A stretch of 60,155 bases of DNA, the filler included, from Sphacelaria rigidula (Eukaryota): the NCBI GenBank assembly GCA_964200075.2. It is 5 parts of 5 records of this genome, joined end to end, with 100 filler letters (N's around TTAATTAATTAA, not from the genome) between each part and the next. Parts side by side here need not be neighbours in the genome. Positions count along the whole stretch, not along the records: positions 12,055 to 24,007 come from CAXNAA020004296.1; positions 24,108 to 36,058 come from CAXNAA020004297.1; 3 more parts are not named here. The stretch is one strand, 5' to 3'. Numbering within the stretch: position 1 is the stretch's first letter; every line of letters begins with the position of its first letter. The notes under the pieces were generated by a model. The model did no database searches and was not told the origin of the DNA. It was given only the letters and a program-made list of their open reading frames with translations. The position numbers were made by a program, and so were the translations under genes. Below, one piece after another: positions 12,358 through 25,352 of the stretch.

Positions 12358-13728
12358 ATGAAACGTGTCCCTCATTTGCTGCCCCTCTCGGGGTCTGCAC
12401 ATCCCCACGCAAATATCCCTGTGCCGTCTCCAGTGCGCGACTGGCTAGGCCGCATCGCGGGTTCTCTTGTGCTAGGAGCGTTCATCGGCAGCGTGTTAAC
12501 GTACTACGTCTTCACCCCCGTCATCACTACTTCCGTGTATTCGTCGTGCAACGCCGGACCGGCCGCCGATGGTGCTCGCTTCGGTTCTGCTGCATGGACC
12601 ACACTGGGCGGGGAACAGCACACCGAACGCGACCGTCACCATCCGTCGCAGCACCAGCATCAGGAGGAGGGGGGGATGTTGATAGACTCTGGGGACTACA
12701 TCGGAGACCACCTCGACGACGCTCTTTTCGCCGCGAGGGCAGGCGAGGCGGCGGCGCAACAGGGTTTGCTGGTAAGGACTAAGCGTCAGGAGGGCAACGA
12801 ACGAACGGTGTATGTTGAACATCAATTTGTCGTTGAGGCTGTGCCTTCAGCTCTACTGAACTGGTCCTTCCCCGTGAGATCAGTTAGTAGGATATTTCTT
12901 GGAGGTTCTGGGCGGTAGTGGGTAATGCCGCGATATCCACCCCCCCCAAAACAGCCCCGAAATCTTCACGAAGAAAAAGTCCACTCAGCGCATGATGGCT
13001 GGTTTCCGACTGCATGAGGCGCGTCATATGGACGACACTGGCGAAAACGATCCCAAGTGTGGATGGAGTTCCCGGCAGCCCGATGTGCTCGCATTTTTTC
13101 TTCACTTAGATTTTGTCTCCCCAAACCAGCCACATTTTCGGAGGGGCTATCGCGAAATCAGTCTTGTACTCGCAGTCCAGTGAACAAGAAAAGCAAGAAT
13201 ATGCAGCAACTTGACTTTCCCATGTGACGACAACCCCCCCCCCAGACGCGTTTTTCAACTGTAGACCAGACTCACCACGTCCCGCGTTCTCTCCAAACTC
13301 GACCTTTCCTTTCCTTGATTATATAGGAGGAAGTGCGCGACATTCTAGCTGCTACTGGGAAGAGCGGCGGTATTAGCGCGGAACAGTTACTTCGACAGTT
13401 CAACGCCAGGCGTTTTGCCGAGGCTTCCAAGGCGTGGTCAGCAGCCACTGAGGAAGCTATGGGCAGAGGCGACCCGGTCTTCTTCATGCCCCCCAACGGG
13501 CAGCCCTCGTACTCCCCATCAGAAGGCTCCCAGCAATCGAACGAGCAGTATCACCCTTCGCAACCCGACGGTGCTTCTGTTGATTTCGAATGCAGCACTA
13601 TCGGTGACGTTGCGTCCTGCAGAGCTGAGGGCACTGGCGCTGTTGGCACTGCTAACTCGCACCGCAACGGCTATGGGACTTCCCGCAGACCTCATCGAGC
13701 CTGTCGTGGAGGTGGATGGGTCTGCTGA
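12358..13728 (+). CDS. Hypothetical single-pass membrane protein (~271 aa)
   Basis: Exon 12358-12771 (donor GTAAGG) and exon 13327-13728 (acceptor ATATAG) join in phase 0. Hydrophobic segment IAGSLVLGAFIGSVLTYYVF. No recognisable domain. Confidence 0.6.
12929..13153. repeat. Dispersed intronic repeat, possible MITE
   Basis: Short imperfect inverted ends CGCGATA...TATCGCG. The core GCTGGTTTCCGACTGCATGAGGCGCGTC is homologous to about 48330-48450 on another contig. Confidence 0.5.
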
Positions 13729-16700
13729 GTAAACTGATTCACCATGAGCCCCCACTGCTCCCCTGTGTTGGCTTCGTCACGCAAGCAAGCCGAGGGCGTA
13801 TTTGTCCAGTGCGGAAGAGCATCGATACATGGAATTACTGCGGTAAAGGGGGAACCTCGACGACTTTGTTGTACAGGACGGGTTGAAAATAGTTCTGGTG
13901 TAGTTGGTTCTGTGGCTTCGCGGCGCTGGGATGAAGCGAAGCTGCACGGTGATGTCTGCTGTTCCGATTGTTTCACATGTTGACCTGCGTGTAATACCTT
14001 GCAGGAGAGGGCTATGTGGTGAAGAAACTACGCCGATTGCTGTCATGAAAATGGCCGATGGTGCCCGCACGCTGTCCTTAAGACTCGCCGTGGCTTCTTG
14101 GTTTTCAGCGTCACGCTAGTTCAAGTGTAGCAAAAAAAAATGGAAGACACCGAGTATATGGTGAGTTTTGTATAGACCAAGTTTTCTTTTTGTAGTTTTG
14201 GTCTTGAAGACACAAAACAAATAAAAACAAACAAAAGGGAAAAGGCGTGCTCTTCTGCGCGTGTGTACGCAAGAAAAGGCCCTCAGCGCTTGAAAGCCGC
14301 CGCAGCACGGGACAGCCCAGGACGGGCAAGGGGTGTGCACGATTTGACGTTTAATGTAAATACGCATGGATATGCAAATATGTAGATACTGGTGGGAGAT
14401 GATGCCTCTACGCGGATGCCACCGAAAACCCAAACGGTTGGGGGAGGGGGGTCAGTAATGGGTGGGGCTTGTAAACAGTTGTGCGCTCGTTGCGCTGTCA
14501 AAAAATCGTGTTTCTGTTTTTTTTCATGTCCCGTTGTCGATAGCGGATTGATTTTGATGTTGCTGTTGAACGGGCGCACATACTGCTGCTACCCACGGGT
14601 AGAAGTACGTCTCATGTAGGCTGCTCGCAGTGTCCTGGTTGTGCCACGCTGCCCTGTCCTTCGCGCACACCAGTTCCGAGACGCGCTTTTTGGCCCATTT
14701 TTGTCGGTACGATGGCGTCGTGTCGTTCGAGGCAGTGTTTTTTTTTGTCTTGATTAGTGCAAGTCGTGTTGTACTTGAGCCATCCAAGTTGGATTATTTT
14801 CTCTTGACTCTTGGTCAACCGTAAGAGGCAAGGTAGTAGTGTACACTATGAGCTTCAAACAGTACCACATAGGATGGCTCAACCCTGAAGTGCAGTAGTC
14901 GAGGGAAACACGGCGGAACCGCTAGTTGGTTCGCTTGCCACTGTAGGATATTATTGTACGAGAGTAATTGGCGATCTCGCTGTGCGTGCACCTGGTGCAT
15001 ATAGGGTACGCTTGTCCGTGTGGTGAAACAGTTTTGTTCCATCCCCTGACGTGTAATGTGTTTAAAAGCTTGAAGGGTGTCGGAGCTGTCTAATTTTCTT
15101 TACTGCCCTGACTTTATTTTAGCGTTTGTTTTTAGGTACCTTACGTTACTTGTTTGAGTGGAGCAGCTACAGCGATAGTGATTGAACGAAACAACACGAG
15201 CGTATCAAGCAAGACCTGGATTTTTCGAGGTCAATTTTTGACTTCCTGCCCAAGTAGTGATGAAGCACGACACAAATGGCCAAGAATGCCGTGAAGACGA
15301 ATCATGACGTGTCCGGTGTGAAGAGCGAGCAACACACTCTCGAAACACGATCAGCCAAAATGGCGGTCTTCCTGATAACGCTTCCAGGCCATCCGTTCTG
15401 GCTTGCGTGGCTCTTTCGAATTTCACGGGATTTGCATGGTGGTGCTCAATTTATTTACACAAGGAAGCGGACTGCTCCTATTATAGACGTGCAACCACTA
15501 CTACTACTACTACAAATAAAAATAGGCCGGCGATGTTTGCCGTTTCTGGAATTGAATACAGTGAGGAGCACAAGGAAACAGCACTACATGCATCCCAAAC
15601 AGTTGATGTTTGCCTGTTCCGTTATTAGCTACAGGCTGGGCCGGCCAAGGAACAGGGCGTTCGCTTATATTTCCACGCAGAGCTCAATTAGCTTTTTTTA
15701 GAGATGAGACCTGAAAAAATTGAGTCGTGATTTACAGGGAAATCGCCAACGTATATATCGTAACCCCTAGGTTACCCTCCTCACTTTCATCTTGTTCTCG
15801 TCGAGATACACAACTAACTCAAATGTTTCCCAAGGATGGGAATTCAGATGATAGGCCGCTTCTTATGGCACAAAAAACAATCCTGTGTATTGCCTCCTTG
15901 GTCCTTCTGTGTCGTTTTGCGCTCCAAAAGAGGGCTATTATAGGCGGATTTTGGCACCTTGGATATTTACTCGCTCTACTCGTTGAGACGATTTCAGGAC
16001 ACCTCTGCGTTTTCCTGTAGCCGTAGTTTTTTTTGCCATACTTGCATTGTTGGCCAAGAGTGATTAAGTACAGGAAAAAAAATGCCAGTTTTCTAGGGCC
16101 TGACCGTCCTTGGACAAGAATGTGAGGTTGGCCAAAAAGCAGGAAAACGCAAAGGTGTTGTGAAACCGTCTCAACCAGTAGAGCAAGTCATTCCAACGTG
16201 TCAAACCCGCCTAGCCCCATTTTAGGGCGTCAAACGACGATGGAGGGCCAAAAGGGTAGTTTTACGATTTTTTTTGTGTTTGCCGTATGAAGCAGCCTCA
16301 GTGGGGGGGGGAAAGTGAGGAGGCGATGTATATTTCGGCGCGTTTCTCGCAATTTACGAGGGCAAATTTCAGGTGTCACCTCGAAAAGATGAGTTCTGTG
16401 TGGCGATATTCGCAGATGTTTGCACCAAGACCGCTTTGCGTAATAATACATACAAAATAAGTATCAATCAACTATTACTATCACTTTGGGATAACGATTA
16501 CGGAGTGAGACCTTCACTCTTCTTTTCGCCTCGGGGGTTACACACTCAGATACTTAAGGCAATTATGTATAATATGTTTTCATGAGGAAGTTGTCAAAAG
16601 AGTCAAGATAACAACTGATACAAGAGTGCAAACACGCAAACGCGACTTTCACGACGTCAACTTGGCGGGCGCCAAAGCTGGATGGCTCCGCTTGACAGGT

Positions 16701-16966
16701 TACGTAGCTGATTACAAAGGTATGCTCACGTTGCCCTAGATCAGGACTATTCGGAAGATATGACCATGTGACTGAGACATCGTAGTCTTCCTGCCCGACC
16801 CATCTGGCATTATGCAGGAAATAGAATGGGCTACCGTGTGCTGTCGACATTTACATGCTTGAATGCTACACGCTTGAACCATCTCCGGGAACACTCACAA
16901 CACGCGCGAGTATTGTCCAAGTATATACCGCTGCTCACAGGCCTAGCACTAACCTACCATGGCACT

Positions 16967-19900
16967 CTACAAAATATCAGTCTCCCTGATGCTTGGTGAA
17001 CTACTACAAACATTTGCGGGCTCCATAGACTCCTGAGTCGCCGGGGCGCCAACCGCCATTTGCGAAATGCTTCCTTGTTTTCGGGCCTGGTACACACGGT
17101 GTGCCACACGACCCGCTCCCGCGGGGACACTGGCACCTCCAAAAGTAATATTGAACGTCTTCTTGATGAGACTGCCAGCAATTTCGTGCGAGCCTGGCCC
17201 CAATGAATTTTTCGCCTCCGTTCTGGCGCTGAATCTCGCGCACTGTGGCAGTCTTGACGTTCGTTTCGTCCGACTACGAGGTGGCGGAGCGGCGACCTTG
17301 ACCACGTCGACGTTGTACGCGCCTGGCCCCGGGTCGTCCCCAACTCCCTTCACTTCAAATAAACCGCCGTGGAATCTCTGTGTACTTGACAAGAATGATT
17401 TTGTCTTCGATTTGATGCCTCTCGCAACGATTTGGTCAAATGTGTCCCTGAGTATATATTGCGTGGCCGGCGGCGTGGCAGGACGATCTGCAGATACCAA
17501 GCATCCCGGAGAAGCGTGGACAGGAGCAGAAGGGGCGGCGCGACGAGGAGGTTTCAACCGAGGTTGGACATAGATCAGAAACAACTTCGAGGGGTGTGAG
17601 GAGAGCGCAATTCGAGGGCTCTTCGCGTGGAAGCTCAAACCGTCAAGAATCTTGAGTTTCCACGTATGTAGGTGCACCGCCGGAAAACTATCTCCACCGC
17701 GTGTGAACTTATGGAATAGTTGATGATTGATCAACTGATGGGTTAACGCAGATCGCGATACGAGTCCAGTCACGGTCACAAAACAGACGTGACTACGGAA
17801 AATTTAACGGAACATTTTCTCGGGAGCTCGAGTACGTACGGAAGGTAGATTCAAGGAACACTTGCTCAGGAGACTCGAGAAGGGGCAAAGTTGGTAGAGG
17901 GAGAATAAAAGCAACAGAGTGGAGTCAAAACGACGAGGAAAAAAGAACGGCAGGCCGCTGGCGCATAGCTTCCAGTCAGAAGGCCGTACACAAACAAAAC
18001 GTAACGAAACAAAACGAGCAAGGCCGTGAAAGCAGGTTGCGACTCATGTCTGGGTATCACACAATATGGCTAGAAATCCTCACTCACGAGCTCTGCAGGA
18101 GCTAGGCGGCAATATGAATGCGGCATTGAAAAAGGTGACGAGAACGACAAGAAAAAAATCAGCAGGGCAAAACCCAAGGCAAAGCAAGCGAGGAAGAGAA
18201 ATGGAGAGTAGAGAAGAAAAACACGGGAAGATACGGAAAGTGACGAATACAGGAAATTCAGAGACAGAGTAGAATACACACAGGAACATAGCTAGGGAAT
18301 ATCGCCTGAGTTGCTCGTCAACGAAAGGAGACAGGGGGTATTTCAGTTATTCCGCTACTCCGCTCATTCTTAGTCGGGGGCAATGCGGGCCACTCCCTCG
18401 ACCATTTCCATCTTGGTTTCCTTGCGGATTTGTTGCTGTTTTTTTGCTGTCTTTGTTGTTGTTATTGTTGTTGTGTCAGCGGTGGCGGCTTTCCCATTGA
18501 TGGCTTTCAGCGTAACAATATTTTGCGTGTGACGTAGGTTGGATTAAGTTTAGTCACGCGTCGCCATGTCTTCTTGAGCACCTCCGCCCCTCTCTCGACC
18601 CCCAGAATTTAAGACCCTCTCTCTCTTTGCGACATCGGTGGTGCAGCTGAATGAGCGGCTCTGTTTTACTTGTTTTCAATCGTCTCTTGCCCTAGAGGCA
18701 CAAAAGGAAAGTATGGTAGGTAGTAAGCAACACTGAGCTACGTGTCGGCAACCGAGCTGTTGCAACACTTTCATGTGTAGCAACGAAGAAGGTATGTCAT
18801 CCACAATCATCCTTACTATGCCGGTGTGCTCACCCGGTGCAGTCTGAGCCCCGAACCGGCTTGTCTCCGACTTGAAACTGCTCGTCGGTTTTGGTGCGTG
18901 GCGCAGCATCACAACCCTCTTTGGTGTCTTCCCTTGATCCCAAAAGTGCATCGGGGTTGTGTTGAGGTCCGTCTCGTCGCACCGCCGTATTTGAAACCGA
19001 TCCCCACTGCTGCTGCTCGGGGGAGACAACGCGGACGTGCGTCAATCCGAGCGATTCAATCAAATATTTCCATTTGCATGGATTCGAAGATAGATCCCAC
19101 CACACCCGCCACCAATTTGTGGAAAACATTGCGCACATTACGAACGCTATTTTTTTCGCAGAAATGTTCAAGAGTCCGTCGATGCCTCCTAGCAATCACG
19201 AGCACCTAAAGCGGTTTCATTTTCCATCAAACCTGTTGTACCCGAGTATACACGCTTACGCTCATCCTTACCCGAACACCCCTTTGCACCCGACGCGGAT
19301 CTTGTGCTTGAGTCCCCCAACAATTGACTGTCCATCTAGATCGTATTGACCAGGGCCAGGCATGTCTTGTGCTACTGAGGTTGTTCCTGAGCTTTCCCGT
19401 CGACCTGTCGAGCTGAAGCCAATTTTCTCGTCGGTCAAAGTTTTTGCGGCTGATTTGTTGAAGCAAGAAAAATCCTGTAGCCCCCCGTACGCGCCGGGAC
19501 CGGGCACGTTTCCAGTCTCGGGCTCGTTGAAAGGGCACTGTTTTGGTCCAACAATGGTGACCCAAGTACACAGGGAACAGCGAGTAGACGAGCGAAGCCG
19601 GAAGCTCTTGAACAAACTGCCCAACAACGCACGCGCGTCTCACAAGCAGGCCTCTCCCGACCATGTGCATTTGTGTGGTTCGGAATTCCGTTTACATGAG
19701 AGCATCGATTTTTTTTAAGAAACAGGGCATAGCTACTACGACCACGGAGAGAGTGTCCCTCACCTGTTCGCTGCGCAGCCATGCTCCTCGCTGTGCAGAG
19801 CTACTGAAACGTGGGGCGTTGCTGGCCGAGATATTTGCACCCAAGGGTGTCTGAGCGATGTACTGACCCGGCCCCGGTCCAGCACGATATCGGAGATCGG

Positions 19901-21298
19901 TTCCCTTGGGAACTGCTGACATGAACGCAGATGACCCCGGCATGTCCAGGTGATATCGTGGGCACAGTTTGGGGTTGTATTCGCCTGGACCCTGTTTCGA
20001 AGAGTCGGGTATGAGGCGAGCTTCATCGCAAGGGTGACGTGGTTGAAATACACGGGACCTACGACGTGTGGTAAAATAGCATTTTGGCATGTCATCCCCC
20101 CTTTTCTTGGCGACAAGAACTACTCAGTTCCGGTGAAAGAGATTGTCAGGTGACAAAAATGCGCTGCAGGCATCGTATTCGGCAACCAATCATGATGTCT
20201 AGATTTCATACAGAAAAACTCACGGGTCGGGTATCCTTCACAACCCACTCTTCTTCGAACACGGTCTTCCGCAAACCCTTGTTGAATTTTGCTCCTCCGT
20301 GTCCGGACCATCCATGTTTGTCTTCAGGATCGTAATCGCCGGGACCGGCGCAATCTATCCGGCTTCCTGTGCGCATTCGATAAGGGGCCTCTAGCGCGGA
20401 AAGCTGTCCATTAGAACCAACGGTATAGCCGTAGCTTTGCTCTCGTCTGTCGGAACAAGATAGGAAAACATATGCATCGCTCATGCATGAACCGGAGACG
20501 TGTGGTGGGCGAGTAAATATATTATGTAACACTTAATGATGCCAGCGCAAGTCCAGGGTGCGTGTGCTCGGACTCTAAGTGCATCACGTTATCGGTTTCC
20601 AGCGGTCACGCAGGTACACATGGAAAACGCCACATCTCCTTGAGTCCTGTCAGTCGTTATCGCGGATTATGAATAGGCAACGAAAACGGAACCGTACAAG
20701 AATGTCGTATGGATAGCACTAGTTATAGAGCTTCCCATAGCTCCATGTTCAACACGCATGTCGACTAGGACGACAGCGAAACTGCCAAACACCTTGGAGA
20801 TCAAGGAAAAACTCACCGAGGAACCGATGGGGGATTGACTCGCTTTGCAGAAGCAGGAGGCATTCCGGTCTTGCTACGTGAAGCCCTCTGGGCTTCCCTG
20901 TGCGTGCTGCATCTCTCAGGCGCACTGCGTGTGGTCATCATTTCGTAGGTTCCTGGCCCAGGCACCTGAACGACAGTCGAAGGCCCGAACGGGCTCGAAC
21001 CGGTATACTGCGGCGCCAGGCGGGGGGCCTTCGACTGAAAGCAATAGCTCGGTCGCCAGTCATTTTCATTAGGTGCGCCTGAGGTAGCACCGACGTAGGA
21101 TCCCGGACCCGGACCTGAGGGCGTGGATGGCACACCCTGACAATCGCGAGTGCTGGACGAAGAGAACGGCACCAGTGATGGTCGGGCTTTGCTGTCTTGT
21201 CGTGTTGTTCCCAAGTATGAGCCCGGACCAATTGTCACGGGAGTAGGAGCTTTCTCTCCGAACTCTGTGGTCCGGGCAGATCTCGTGGGCATCGCCAT
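16967..21298 (-). CDS. STPG2: Sperm-tail PG-rich (SHIPPO/ODF3-type) repeat protein, STPG2-like (~630 aa), flagellar
   Basis: Phase-consistent exons 21298-20817, 20446-20224, 19991-19764, 19537-19272, ~19012-18834 and 17487-16967. About ten (P)GPG(S/T/A/Q/E/D)Y repeats with F.S...RF spacers. PPSVP..EQSYGY and C-terminal SLIKKTFNITF motifs are like STPG2. Confidence 0.85.
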
Positions 21299-21716
21299 CG
21301 TAGCTCCTCGCCCGCCTATGCATGCGCTATTCGGGACGGGTCATATCCCTTCTCTCTCGTTGCTCCTTTGCAATCGGAAGGTGACAACCGCCACAGACGG
21401 TTTCAGATTTGGATTCAGTGTCAGTTTCTTCACCATTTGCTGAGAAAGCTCGATGAAGCATGCGATCACGAACGTAATCGTGATTCACTCTAAACCATTT
21501 CCATCTCTTCTTTCTCGAAAAACTTTGACTCACTTCTACCGGCCGCAGCACAAAAAGTGGATATGGATATTTCCAAATCTGGCTCAGCAAGCGGAGGAAT
21601 GTATAAAAGTTGGTCATTTTCCATTCTGTGCTACTGCTGGTTACATAAAAAGTAGTCATTTTCCATGCTGGCAGGGTTGCGCCACCATCCAAATCCCGTG
21701 ATTGTGACCAGAGATA
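21299..21716. promoter_or_regulatory. Short bidirectional promoter region (STPG2-like / PPAN)
   Basis: Only 418 bp between divergent ATGs. Contains a ~26-bp direct repeat at 21603-21628 and 21645-21670. Confidence 0.6.
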
Positions 21717-23127
21717 ATGCCAACCAAGGGGGGAAGACGGGTGAGTGCTGTAAGGATCTTTATCATATTTCGCGCAATAACTATAGGTCGTGAGTTTGCA
21801 CATGATTGTATGCACCAAGTGCGCTTTTCCAGTCTTGTCTTTCAAGTGAACAGCTAGACACATGGAGCCGAAGTCCTCTATGTGGGATACTGTATGCAAC
21901 GGATTTTAAGATCCCGGGGTCTTTCAACCTTGGGGTAACCGCGCCATCAAATCAGCACAGGTGTTTATAAATCGGGAGTTATAGATAATCGAATATATCG
22001 GTGGTGACGGGTCTCGCTTACCGAGAGAGTTGAGGTTGAACAGGTAATTCACAGGGGTGTTATACAACGTCACAACCGGCTGTGCTACCCGGCCGATGGT
22101 ACTGTACTACTTAAACGTAATCTACAAATAACACATTTGCCTGTCCATATGCCTGTCTACCGCACCGCATCCCATTGCGCCTGCTTTTTCCCGATCAGAA
22201 AAAGACCCGAACACATGTGCAGGGGCCACCAGCAGGAGCGGTAGGAGCTCCTGAGAGCGAACTCACGGAAAAGGTACCGAAGAGTTTCGTGTTGAGAAAG
22301 GGCAAGGTCCACACCCATGTTTCAGACCTCGCCGAGGAGATGCGACGGGTCATGGAGCCTCACACAGCCCGAAAGCTGCGTGAGCAAGCGAAGAACACGG
22401 TGAAGGACTATGTTTCCGTGTCGAGCGTGCTGGGTGTGACTCATATGCTGGTGTTCACGCAAACCGACAAGAGCTTGAGTTTGCGGGTGTGCAGAACACC
22501 ATCAGGTCCTACTCTGACGTTTAAGGTGCAGCAGTTCTCGCTCATGAGGCACGTGCGAGCCCTGCAGCGACGGCCGGTGGAGGTGAATCAGGCCTACAAG
22601 ACGTCTCCTCTAGTGAGTTTGTTTTGTTGCGCTCGACGTTTCTCGTTTTTGCTGGGTAAGGTGTGCGTTGTGGCGCACGTTCGCTCCACTACATCGGGTT
22701 CCACAAATGGGAGCTTCTTTCAATAGTGTTGGTAACGCTGTGCTTTCGCTGTGCCGTCTCGGATGCGTGCTTGCGGGAGGTGGCGGTATGGTGTGGGTGA
22801 TCTTGTATTCGATTTATTTTCCATGATCCCGTCTTTCAACTCGACGTGTGATGCGACCTTCACGCCACCAATTACTGGATAACATCTTACGCTATCCACG
22901 AACAGGTGGTGCTCAATAACTTCGGAGACAAGGATGCCCCGTCCCACGTGAAGCTCATGAAGGTCACCCTGCAAAACATGTTTCCATCCATCAACGTGGC
23001 AACTATCAAGCTTTCAGACTGTCGACGGGTAGTGATGTTTAACCTCGACAAGGCCACGGGGAGCGTCGAGATGCGACATTACGCCGTGCGTGCCACCCCA
23101 ACAGGCATCACCAAGGCAATCAAGAAG
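21717..23127 (+). CDS. PPAN: Peter Pan / SSF1 Brix-domain ribosome biogenesis protein, 3' partial
   Basis: Exons 21717-21740 (MPTKGGRR), 22199-22612 and 22906-23127. Motifs KKTRTHV, PKSFV, RRVMEPHTARKLRE, LGVTH, P.GPTLTFKV, PLVVLNNF, LQNMFPSINV, RRVV, EMRHYAV. Confidence 0.93.
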
Positions 23128-23942
23128 GTATGCCTTGTACGCTATCGTTCTCTTATCGATACTGCATGTGCGAAAGTAGGCATTACCACGACACTTAATT
23201 TGGCATTTTTTTCACGGGACATACTGCAATATATCTATCTCGTAGGTCTAGCTTGGTGTTTATTGGTCAAACCGCTGTTCTTCACGGCCTGCCGTGTGAC
23301 GTGTTTCCCTTCAATTGATCATAGCGATGGCGCTCTTCTTGATGGCCTCGGTTTCCGCTGATGTTTTCGCCAAAGTGATTGCTTCACACAGGTTAAGCAG
23401 TTTTTCCTTTCAAACGCAACCAGGGCCAGCCAACAAACACATATTGTGTCAGATACCCAAATCTGTTGAACGGCGTTGAGTCAGGGCAAGCTGAGCATAT
23501 CGTTGTAATGCACTAGTTCCGGCGGTCACGCGAAGCCATCCATTTTCGGAACCCGCCCTGTTGGTGTCGTAAACCTCGCTTCTCTTTTTTTGTACCTTTC
23601 TGTCGTCAGGATTTTGCATTGGATCTCCTAAAAATTATCCACCATTTTTTCCCCCAAACTTGAACAAAAATCATGAGCGTGCTCATCCTGATGCGAGAAG
23701 AAAATGGAGCAGGTCTCATTCTGTTATTCATCGTTGTTCGACACTTACAACCGGCACGCTAGATCCCTATCTTGTGTGTCAGTTTGTATCCGGATGGATT
23801 TCGGGACAAAATCTGCCAAAAGTGCCACGCGGAGTCGACTTTTCCGAGTTGAGACCTGAAATTATGATACGTGATTGGTCAGATACTCGCCGACACATGT
23901 TTCGAAACCCTGTTGTTTTTTATGATACCACCGCCCCGGGGT

Positions 23943-24007
23943 GGTCGCCCCGGTGGCTCAGTTGGTAACCTCGTAACCTTCTGATGGTTGAGTAGGGAGG
24001 TTCGATT
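23943..24007 (+). mobile_element. tRNA-derived SINE head, cut by the contig end
   Basis: GGTCGCCCCGGTGGCTCAGTTGGTAACCTCGTAA...GGTTCGATT, with Pol III A and B boxes. Same head as the SINE at 59588-59962. Confidence 0.75.
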
Positions 24008-24107
24008 NNNNNNNNNNNNNNNNNNNNNNNNNNNNNNNNNNNNNNNNNNNNTTAATTAATTAANNNNNNNNNNNNNNNNNNNNNNNNNNNNNNNNNNNNN
24101 NNNNNNN
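24008..24107. other. Artificial contig linker
   Basis: N44-TTAATTAATTAA-N44. Confidence 0.98.
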
Positions 24108-24129
24108 GAGGCCTACTGATTATCTTGCA

Positions 24130-24485
24130 TTTGAATGACAGCCTACAATGAGCTGCTTTATTTTCTGGCATCGCCACTTCCCGAGACAGTCATGGCTTAT
24201 ACACTGCCTCATGGGTGTCTCACCATTCAAACACTACGTACTACGATCATCCCCATTGTGCGGAGTTGAGGTTCTCGCACGCCGCACAACATGATCCAGC
24301 TGGACTACCATCATGGTTACCGCAAAAAAACGCAAGCGCGCAAAACAATAGGTAGCCTGGTTGCCTAGCTTACGCATTGAGTGGCGTGGCGTGTTTCATG
24401 GCGTCATCGCCAGCCGACGCCAACACCATCGGGGATCCGCCCCTACAAAGCCGGGATGGAGCACGCCGGGCTCTCGCCGAACCAG
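24130..24485 (-). repeat. Dispersed repeat family with stem-loop-rich head
   Basis: Homologous to 38265-38560, 38677-39050, 39181-39240 and 60085-60155 (GGTCCGGCGA...CCGTCCCGGCTTTGTAGGGG; GTGAGACACCCATG). Confidence 0.75.
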
Positions 24486-24851
24486 TTTTTTAATTGGGAG
24501 GAAATGATCCTCCTCTGTTTTCGCGATAATGTGGTGGTGGGGAGAGAGTGCCGAACAATGCCGCTTCCGCGGGCGAGTACGGCCGGAGTCGTCGAAGTAT
24601 GACCGTTTACCATACACTCGAAACGATCTCAGGAATCTATTGTTCGATAATTTCGACCGAGCAAGAACCCCCGAGTACGTCTCGTTCCAAAGCTTCGCCG
24701 GACCCACGAACAATAAATGCCGTACCCATGATATTCTGGGCCAAAATGTTCTCGTCCACATTTGACTCTTCAGGCGGGGCATAACCACCAAAACTATTCA
24801 ACAGTTACCGACACACTCCGGCATCCTTGATCGAATTATACGAACAACATG

Positions 24852-24884
24852 GTTGATTGATCGATTGATTGATCGATTGATTGG
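24852..24884. repeat. Tetranucleotide microsatellite (TTGA/TCGA)n
   Basis: GTTGATTGATCGATTGATTGATCGATTGATTGG. Confidence 0.8.
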
Positions 24885-25352
24885 TCGCCGTGCGCTAGCT
24901 GATCATCCTCTGGGGATCCAGCCGCGGCCACAAGTCAGAAAAATATGCAGAGCAAACAAAATGGGAATATCCACTGAAGGGAAGTCAAGAAATGGAGAAA
25001 ACAAATGGAGAAAAAGATAGAGCAAACGGAGTGACGTTAACACATTCCATTCAGTTTTGCAGCGTTTTTTCGTCAATCGATTATTGAAAAATAAATCGAG
25101 ATGCATCAAGCACCCTTTGAATGAAAAAGAGCATTCCAACGACAGAGGCGAGATGTCCACGGCACGTTTGGCCCGACTAAATAAAACAAGGACAAACCAA
25201 TCATTGCAGGATGATCGAAGCAAACTCCAACAGGAGCTTCAGACGTCGTACGCGGCATCGTTCCCCGGCGTACTCCCACAGTCGCGAAGAAACCATTTTC
25301 CCGCAAACAGTGACGCCTCGCAGTTTTTGAACGACAGCGTAGTTGCGCTTAC

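Noticed and set aside
23943-24007. Functional tRNA gene (also 59885-59962)
   Set aside because: No canonical anticodon arm, and the complete copy continues into a SINE body with a CA tail.
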